Part shown: piece by piece, positions 56,001-64,000 of the stretch | Layout: each line of letters opens with the position of its first letter | Position numbering within the stretch: the stretch's first letter is position 1 | Assembly: GCA_964016885.1 (NCBI GenBank) | Contig: CAXHJY010001240.1 | Span: 1 to 64,000, forward strand | Direction of reading: 5' to 3' | Length of the DNA stretch: 64,000 nucleotides | From: Eledone cirrhosa | Lineage: Eukaryota | Notes under the pieces: generated by a model | Told to the model about the DNA's origin: nothing | What the model saw: only the letters and a program-made list of their open reading frames with translations | Databases searched by the model: none | Program-made: the position numbers and the translations under genes

Positions 56001-56678
56001 AAAGGTACAGGTAGCCAGAACAAGGGCACTAGAGCCACCTACAGCAAAGGTACAGGTAGCCAGAACAAGGGCACTAGAGCCACCTGCAGCAAAGGTACAG
56101 GTAGCCAGAACAAGGGCACTAGATCCACCTACAGCAAAGGTACAGGTAGCCAGAACAAGGGCACTAGAGCCACCTACAGCAAAGGTACAGGTAGCCAGAA
56201 CAAGGGCACTAGAGCCACCTACAGCAAAGGTACAGGTAGCCAGAACAAGGGCACTAGAGCCACCTACAGCAAAGGTACAGGTAGTCAGAACAAGGGCACT
56301 AGAGCCACCTACAGCAAAGGTATAGGTAGTCAGAACAAGGGCACTAGAGCCACCTACAGCAAAGGCAAGTACAGGTAGCCAGAACAAGGGCACTAGAGCC
56401 ACCTACAGCAAAGGTACAGGTAGTCAGAACAAGGGCACTAGAGCCACCTACAGCAAAGGTACAGGTAGTCAGAACAAGGGCACTAGAGCCACCTACAGCA
56501 AAGGTATAGGTAGTCAGAACAAGGGCACTAGAGCCACCTACAGCAAAGGTACAGGTAGTCAGAACAAGGGCACTAGAGCCACCTACAGCAAAGGTATAGG
56601 TAGTCAGAACAAGGGCACTAGAGCCACCTACAGCAAAGGCAAGTACAGGTAGCCAGAACAAGGGCACCAATGCCACCT
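53070..56678. repeat. 45-bp minisatellite, about 80 highly homogeneous copies
   Basis: Unit ACAGCAAAGGTACAGGTAGCCAGAACAAGGGCACTAGAGCCACCT with a few recurrent substitutions and two 4-bp insertions (about 56366 and 56640). Confidence 0.98.
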
Positions 56679-57967
56679 GATTATTGAATGCACCATGTCA
56701 CATAGAGGTGTAATGGAAGCTCTTGATAAGACCTTACAGGGCATAAGAGGCAACAATGCATCTATGGGAGGAGTTACATTAGTTTTATCAGGAGACTTCA
56801 GCCAGACATTACCAATCATTCCGAGAGGCACAAGATCTGATGAAATAAAAGCATTCATTAAGTCTTCGTGGTTATGGAATAAAGTACAGAATGTTCACCT
56901 TCAATACTAACATGCAAGCTTTATTACATGGAGACCAATGTGCAGAACACTTTTCAACCCGACTCCTTCAATTAAGAAATGGGACAGTTCCAACTGATGG
57001 GAATGGTTATATCAACTTGGCTCATATTGCTACCATGTTGAATTCGTCAGCTGAATTGAAGAACAGGGTATTTCCAGGCTTAAATAATCATTATAATTGA
57101 CACAAATGGTTGTGTAAAAGGGCAATTTTTGTTAGAAAAAACATGAGACAGTAACAAAGATTAACCATGAGCTAATGAATAAGATTCCAACAGTAATTAA
57201 GGAGTACAAATCAGTTGATTCAGTCCTTGATGAAAATCAAGCTGTCCACTACTCAACAGAGTTCCTTAATTCTCTTAAGCCACCTGCAACTCCTCCACAT
57301 AAACCTTTTCTGAAGGTAGGAGTCCCAATAATGCTTCTAAGAAATTCAGATCCTCCTAAATTATGCAATGGGACAAAGTTGATCGTGAAGACATTATCAC
57401 CTAAAGTGATTGAAGCTACCATCATTACTAGGTGTGTCTCTAGTGAAGATGTTTTCAATACAAGAATTCCAATCAAACCAACAGACATATCATTTGAGTT
57501 CAAACGAACACAATTCCCAGTGTGACTTTGCTTCTCAATGTCTATCAAAAAAGCTGAAGGTCAGACATTGAAATCTATTGGCTTGCACTTAAGTTTTTTT
57601 TTCGTAGTCAACTTGCTTTTCTCGTAGTCAACTTTACGTTGGTTGCTCCAGAGTGGGTAGTTTACAAAACTTATTAACCTATACTCCAAACCAGAAAACA
57701 AAAAATGTTGTTTACCCAGAAGCTCTTACATAATTTCCTTCAACATATGGGACATAATTTATATCCCCTCGTAAAAATAATAAATTTTGTATTTTCATTT
57801 TTTAAATTATTTCTTGTATTATGAATCATAATTGATTTCATCATGTACCTCAATTGAAGAATAAATGTAATTTAGAATAACAAATTTCTATACAACATAT
57901 TTGGCTTTCTTCTTCTAATATATCAGGAACACTTTAATTCCCAGGCAACACCGGGTGCTTCTGCTAG
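56668..57967 (+). mobile_element. Helitron 3' part: frameshifted PIF1-like helicase plus canonical 3' terminus
   Basis: QCHLII-ECTMSH...EALDKTLQ...GGVTLVLSGDFSQTLPII, LKVGVPIMLLRN.DPPKLCNGT, FKRTQFPV, QLYVGCSRV, NVVYPEALT-stop. 3' hairpin CCCAGGCAACACCGGG then CTAG|T at 57964-57968. Confidence 0.93.
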
Positions 57968-59208
57968 TATATAATAATTTCCTGCGATTAATAAATAACT
58001 AAACATCTTTGCCGCATAGCAGCATTGTGGAAATATCCAATGAAAGTCGTATGGTATTACAATATTTTGTGTGGGTGAGTTTGGACTGTGTAGTGGAAAA
58101 TACAGGATTAGTAATATTTTTGGTGCGATTACAGCCAGACATGTCCAAAACTAGCTTCGTCAGTTTACCAAACAGGGCGCACAACAGGGAGAGGGTGTCG
58201 CATCTGCTTAAGAGCACGTATAACAGTTTCCGTTTCTTTACTGTACACTCAGGATATGGCGAGCTTACTGTGTATACAATATTACGTTTACTGGCTTGTT
58301 TAAAACGATAAGGTAGATTTAAACGGATATATCACTGCTTATATCGGACAAATCGAGCAACCATGTCTGACTTATTGACTCGCCTGGCCGTAATATTCAT
58401 TCGGATGACAGAGAAATCAACAACAAATTGCTTACATCTTTAACCTTTTTTTTATAGTAAACTGCCTGAAACCGCCCCTGGCTCTATGATACTAAACTAT
58501 ATATTTCAAAGAGTTTTTATGTTTTTAAAAAAACCTCTCCAATTTCTAGGTTATTTTCAAAATAAAATATGGTAATGGAAGGCTTAACTTATGATATTAA
58601 CAGATACAAGGTATAGTATAGGCTAACAGCATCATGGAATATTCTCGATTCAACATGTGCAACTTACGATTACAACATTTTTACTGTTTGTTTGTTTGGA
58701 ATTTCATAGCATTCCAGTTTTAAGCATAGCTTTTACTAGCTTTAACATGTTTTCTATCTATCTTTTACTAGCTTTAACATGTTTTCTATCTCTCTTCTCT
58801 ACACTGTGTCGAAAAATGCTTTATAAGCATTTTTCAACCGAGTGATGACAAATGCTACATAAGCATTTGTCACTAGTGTAGTAACTGGTCGGAGGTATAT
58901 TTCAACTGTTAATGCCCTTCTATTTTTGGTTTTCCCTACGTCCTTGGTTGTGGGTTTTATCAGCTTACAAACTACAAACGAAGGCGCGTAGCTGAGTGGT
59001 TAGAGAATTGGATTTGCAATCGTGATGTTGTAAGTTCGATTTCCGGACTGGGCAATGCGTTATGTCCTTGAGCAAGACACTTTATTTTACGTTGCTCCTT
59101 CTACCTGGAGTTGCGACCGATAGATAGAATTAGCAATTGAAAAGACCAATGGAAACGATGTTTCCTCGGTCCGATTTGACGAAAGTCGATCGTCTGTCAA
59201 TATATATA

Positions 59209-59325
59209 TAGCCTACATAGAGTACTCCCCTTTCCTACCGAAACACTTACTATATATATATATATATATATAGTAAGTGTTTCGGTAGGAAAGGTAGAGG
59301 AAAGGGGAGTACTCTATGTAGGCTA
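59209..59325. repeat. Palindrome centred on (TA)n that mirrors the tail of the adjacent hammerhead element
   Basis: TAGCCTACATAGAGTACTCCCCTTTCCTACCGAAACACTTAC-(TA)n-reverse complement, with an 11-bp indel between arms. Confidence 0.9.
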
Positions 59326-59365
59326 CAGAGCTATTTAGTTATGTAATAAACAACATAAGACAATT

Positions 59366-59440
59366 ATTCCATTTACCAAAGGTTTCACGAAGACAGACGA
59401 TCTCTACACAGACGTCTGAAATCGCTCATCAGAATGAAAT
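59366..59440 (-). ncRNA. Type I hammerhead ribozyme with extended stem II, inside a 57-bp-arm inverted repeat (59336-59392 and 59453-59509)
   Basis: Minus strand ATTTCATT-CTGATGA-GCGA...TCGT-GAAA-CC(TTT)GG-TA-AATGGAAT: 8-bp stem I with one GU pair, canonical core, GUA triplet. Confidence 0.8.
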
Positions 59441-59503
59441 TTTATTTGAAGACTTCGTGAAACCTTTGGTAAATGGAATAATTGTCTTATGTTGTTTATT
59501 ACA

Positions 59504-59553
<50 letters not shown>

Positions 59554-60223
59554 TGAAGAATAACCTGGTCAACAGTACAAACAAGGAAATTTATTTACAG
59601 TTTAACAATTGTTTCCATGATAGAGTTGTCTAAAAATTGCTAAACACTGAAGATTACCTTTAACGATTTATTGTTATCCTATATATATATATATATGTAA
59701 AAGTTCTATTTAAATTGTTGGGATACAACAAGCAAATATTTTTATAACTGATATAAAGCACTCAACAAATATTTGGAGTAAAAATACGATATTAACAAAT
59801 GGAAACTATATTTATAAAACCATATTTATTTCATTATACATATTTCAAAATATTATCAAAATATTAACAAAATAGATATTCTATTTTGTTGATATTTTGG
59901 ATTAATATTTATGACTCTGGAAAAACAATCTGTTGAGTGCTTCCAATCTATTGTAAAACTCATTCTTTGATTTATTCATTGAACCTTGTTTAACTTTTAA
60001 ATATATATATATATATATATATATATACAAATATATTACACAGAGAGAAGTGTGTTACACAGTGAGATGTGTGTAAAGAATTATTACATGTGAGTTTAAC
60101 CGTTGATTCTGACTTAGTGTTCTTTCTATTTAATTGCCAACCTGTTGAAAAGGTCATAGGAGTGAAGAGTGCTCTATGTAAGTGCCAGAGCTAAATTTAA
60201 TGTATAATAAACAATACAATATA

Positions 60224-60299
60224 ATTACCTCATTACCAGAGGTTTCCCGAATAAGACGAATACGAAAAACGTCCCCATTCGTTCGTCGGATAAGGCAAT
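60224..60299 (-). ncRNA. Degenerate hammerhead related to 59366-59440
   Basis: ATTGCCTTAT-CCGACGA-ACGAAT...ATTCGG-GAAA-CC(TCT)GG-TA-ATGAGGTAAT. The core reads CCGA instead of CTGA; the downstream tail is homologous to 59300-59365. Confidence 0.55.
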
Positions 60300-61126
60300 T
60301 TAAAACATAGTGAAATATTTGAAAAATCTCCTCAAGAAAGGCAAAAGTTTAACGAGCAAAAAAAATATAAATAAAAGTAATGCAAGAGATATATAAAACA
60401 ATAAGGAAATATCGTTAGGCTATGTGTATAAATGTGTGTATATTCACTCACAAATGTACATATGAGTGTATATACAAATGCATGTGTATAGGGGAAAAAT
60501 GTGTGCGTAAGTACATATATGAGGGCAAGCATATCAGTGTATGTGTGACCACAAATACGTATATAATATATGTTGAAAAAGAAATTGTAAGATAATAGAG
60601 TTAACGTACATCCAGATACAGGTATTAAAGAATTAAATATAGACACATACAAGTATGAAAGCACGCGTATAAACACAAACACACGCGCGATCACACACAT
60701 GCGAGTGATATATAGAGGGAAGGGAGTCTAATTACTCATTCAAACGTCAGATAAAATACTCTGGGAGTTTGGTTACATTCCTTTACGTTCCAAGTTCAAA
60801 TGCCGTCCAAGTCTACTTTAGCTTTTATCAAGTACTATGAAAGTATGTAATAGAATATAAAAATCAATATCTATCGCTTTTATGTCGCAATCAGACCTAA
60901 CCCATTTTGATCTTTTACTACATTCTTCCTCCCTCTTTGTGCACTGTCCTTAACTGTCCGTACAGTATGATGTATCGATACATATAAGTTTCTATTATAT
61001 TGTTCATATAGTGCAGAGGTTCTCAAAGTGGGTGCTACCGGGGGGCGTTGAAAAGGTCCAGGGGGGCGCTGGGATCTAAGGGAGTGATGGGGCGTGGTAG
61101 TATATTAAAATATCAAATGATACATA

Positions 61127-61413
61127 TCTATATATATAAAACTGAGGATGTCTGTGTGTGTGAGTTTGAATCCCTAAAACTAGAGAAGCACCCAACCGAC
61201 TGTTTTCAAACTTTACACATGTAATACTTATGTTTCATGGAATGTTCTGAACAAAAAATGTTCAATGCCCTAGGGACCGCATTAGGCGATTTAACGATCT
61301 CTCTCTATAATTCTTAGCCTTTCTCTTTTTAGATAGATACATACATATAACGTCGCGCCCTTATAATATCTGTCTGTATGTCTGGCTGTCTGCATTACCT
61401 CACTTCCCTGGGG

Positions 61414-61448
<35 letters not shown>

Positions 61449-62048
61449 TTTGAATCCCTAAAACTCGAGAAGTACCCAACCGATTCTTTTCAAACTTTAC
61501 ATGTGTATTACTTATGTTTCAGGGAGTGTTATGCACATAAAAAATTCATTTTTTAAAAATCTCCTAGAGCCCACATTAGGTGAAAAACTGCGTTTTTTCA
61601 GGTTTTTAGGGGTTATTTGAGGCATTACGTCAGACCGATTTCCTTGAAATTGTAACTATGTATTAGTCAGTCTCTTCTTCATACCGTGAGCAAAGAAATC
61701 CAACTTTTTTTATGGCCTAGGGCCCGTATTAGGTGAAAAACTTCAATTTTTCAGCTTTTTAGGGCTTTTTGGAGGCGTTACGTCTAGCCGCTTTTCCCGA
61801 AATTTCAAGGCATATTAGGCACATAAAAGAAATTTATTTTCTTGATCCCCTAGGGCCAGCTTTAGGTGAAAACCTGCATTTTTCCTGCTTCATCGAGGAA
61901 AATCTTAAAGATTATCCAGCCATCAGAGTATTCGGTTTATTTTCTTTACATATTGTCCGGGCATGCAGTTTTTCCACGATTAGGTCTGTTGGCGGCCCGC
62001 GTTCCAAAATACCTTATCCCGTGCAATGCCGGTTATATATAAATATAG
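61127..62048 (+). mobile_element. Non-autonomous Helitron with a duplicated 5' segment
   Basis: A|TCTATATATATAAAAC start, 3' hairpin CCCGTGCAATGCCGG with a variant ATAG|T end. The 5' block is repeated at about 61410-61530. Confidence 0.7.
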
Positions 62049-62446
62049 TAAAATAAAAAATATGTAATTTTTATTTATACATAGTATTTGGCAGTATTGG
62101 TAGAGAGTCGGACGCCATGCTTTCCAGCATAGAGTTACGTCCTTTTACGGACTGAGTTCAAATTCCGCCGAGGTTAACTTTGCCTTTCATCCTACAATAA
62201 ACTTTAAAAAAACAACAACAAAAAACAAGAAAATACATGTACTTGCTGACAAAACTATATATATATATATATATATATTGAATATATATGGTGGGAGTAT
62301 CAACATAGGAACAACACAAGATATCCTGATCCGAATTTGTTCCCTGAACTCTTCTTTTAACGAAGGACTTTTATCCCGAAATATTAAAGACCATTAAATA
62401 ACTCGAAGTAACATTCCAACACCTGTTATCATTATTTTTAATATCA

Positions 62447-63073
62447 AAGGGCGGTGGATTGGCAGTATCGGTAGAGGGTCGGACGTTATGCTTTGCAGCA
62501 TAGAGTTACGGCCCTTTATGATCTGAGTTCAAATCCCACCGAGACTAGCTTTGCCTTTCATCCTTACGGGGTCGATAAAATAAAGTACCAGTCACGCACT
62601 GGGGTCGATTTAATCGATTTTCCCCTCCCCCAATGCATTGTGCCTATATAAGAAACCAATATCAAAGGGCGGTGGATTGGCAGTATCGGTAGAGGGTCGG
62701 ACGCCATGCTTTGACACATTGAGTTAAGACCCTTTACGGTCTGAGTTCAAATCCCGTCGAGGTTAACTTTGCCTTTCTTCCTGATGGGGTGTCGATAAAA
62801 TAAAGTACCAGTCACGCACTGGGGTAATTGCTGGCCTTGTGCCAAAAGTAGAAACAATTATTTCTAATACCAGAAACCATTATTTCTAATATGTAATTAT
62901 GGATTGGCAGTATCGGTGGAGGGTCGGACGCCAGCATAGTTACGTCCCTTTACGATCTGAGTTCAAATCCTGCCGAGGTTGACTTTGCCTTTCATCCTTA
63001 CGGGGTCGATAAAATAAAGTACCAGTAATGCACTGGGTAATTGCTGGCCTTGTGCCTAAAGTAGAAACAATTA
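62447..63073 (+). mobile_element. Three head-to-tail young SINE copies
   Basis: Three GGATTGGCAGTATCGGT...GAAAC units with short flanking duplications (AATATCAAAG; ATTTCTAATATGTAAT). Confidence 0.9.
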
Positions 63074-63199
63074 TTTCTAATATGTAATGTCTCATTTGCA
63101 TTACTTTACACAAGCTGGTTCATTCATCGATTAGTGGAAGGAATTAATAATAATAAAAGCTTCGTTAATACACTTGATATCCATCATCATCATCATCAT

Positions 63200-63885
63200 C
63201 TTCTTCTTCCTGTGAGGGTCGTGGGGGCAGAGTCCTCAAACACTCCTTCCAGCAGGTCCTGTCAGAAGATTTGGCTGGATTCCCAAGCGAGACCAGCCAA
63301 GCTCATGGATGTTATCCAACCATCTTGCTCGGAGTCTACCCCTGGGTCTCCTGTCGGTTGGTTTAACCCGTAAAATCTGTCCAGCAATTCTTTCCTGAGA
63401 CATTCTAACAACATGCCCATGGTATCGGAGCTGTAATCTCTCAATTCGGAGAAGTGTCGGCTCTACCTGGAGTGACTCTCTGATCCTCGAGCTACGCACT
63501 CTATCGAGTAACGTTACTCCATAGATCCTTCAGAGGAACCCCATTTTGACACTTGTATTTGTGAAGGTAAGGGTTGGCACGAATACCGAACTGAAGATAG
63601 CTAGTTTGGCTTTTACACCTATCCCGCTTCTGATTCCCGAATGTTGAAGCTGGTGCATTACTGCACCAGCTCCTGCAATTCTTGTACTTAATTCAGCCTC
63701 TTGCCTCCCATCCCTCATGAACACGGTCACAAGATACTTGAACTTCTCTACCTGCTTCAGTAGAACTTCATTCACATGTAGAATGCTCTGCGGAGACTTC
63801 CTTGAGAGGACGAGTGTCTCAGTTTTGGCAGCACTGATTTTCATTCCAGCCATGTAGCACTCGGCATCAAACCTATCAAGTGCGA
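63200..63885 (-). mobile_element. RTE-clade LINE 3' part, Rex3/Expander-like
   Basis: AGMKISAAKTETLVLSRK...LKQVEKFKYL and RSSRIRESLQVEPTLLRIERLQLRYHGHVVRM...PTDRRPRGR..RWLD...WSRLGI, with a (GAA)/(GAT) tail. Confidence 0.88.
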
Positions 63886-64000
63886 AATGTCTTCTACCTT
63901 ATCCAGGGAACCACTTAAGGAAAAAATGTGGTTTTTAGGTTTATGTCTATAGCACTCGTAATAGAGGCACCCGTTTAGCCATTTTGATGTCAAATCGCCT

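Noticed and set aside
52905-56378. 1157-aa and antisense 1115-aa ORFs as real genes
   Set aside because: They are explained by a stop-free 45-bp unit inside a decayed Helitron. Kept only as a low-interest finding.
53070-56678. CRISPR-like array
   Set aside because: Units are contiguous with no unique spacers, there are no cas genes, and the context is eukaryotic.
58009-58440. GPCR TM5-TM7-like pseudogene reading
   Set aside because: Only vague hydrophobic patterning, an internal stop and no diagnostic motif.
62447-62540. tRNA gene
   Set aside because: The A/B-box-like head belongs to a multicopy SINE, and no cloverleaf could be formed.

Overview
AT-rich, repeat-dense animal genomic DNA. 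The SINE, MITE and RTE repertoire suggests a coleoid cephalopod, probably an octopod (inference). Two convergent spliced genes are visible. On + are five frame-consistent 3' coding exons of a bMERB-domain (MICAL-like/EHBP1 family) gene (8638-22083). On - are four coding exons of ZCCHC24 (36822-29935); its first coding exon was not located. The rest is mostly mobile-element debris: RTE LINE fragments (some Rex3/Expander-like), a degraded CRE-type RLE retrotransposon, a Gypsy pol remnant, mariner and maT transposase relics, piggyBac- and Tc1-type MITEs, tRNA-derived SINEs and several Helitrons. The 1157-aa and 1115-aa ORFs come from a 45-bp x ~80 minisatellite that runs directly into a Helitron PIF1 helicase remnant. 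The most interesting signal is a set of short (TA)n-anchored elements carrying minimal type I hammerhead ribozyme folds (41390-41429 +, 40712-40751 -, 59366-59440 -, plus degenerate and half copies). They repeatedly sit in fold-back palindromes, including a 1.47-kb palindrome whose arms encode the end of a Penelope-type GIY-YIG domain. All protein and RNA family calls are by eye; no searches were run.
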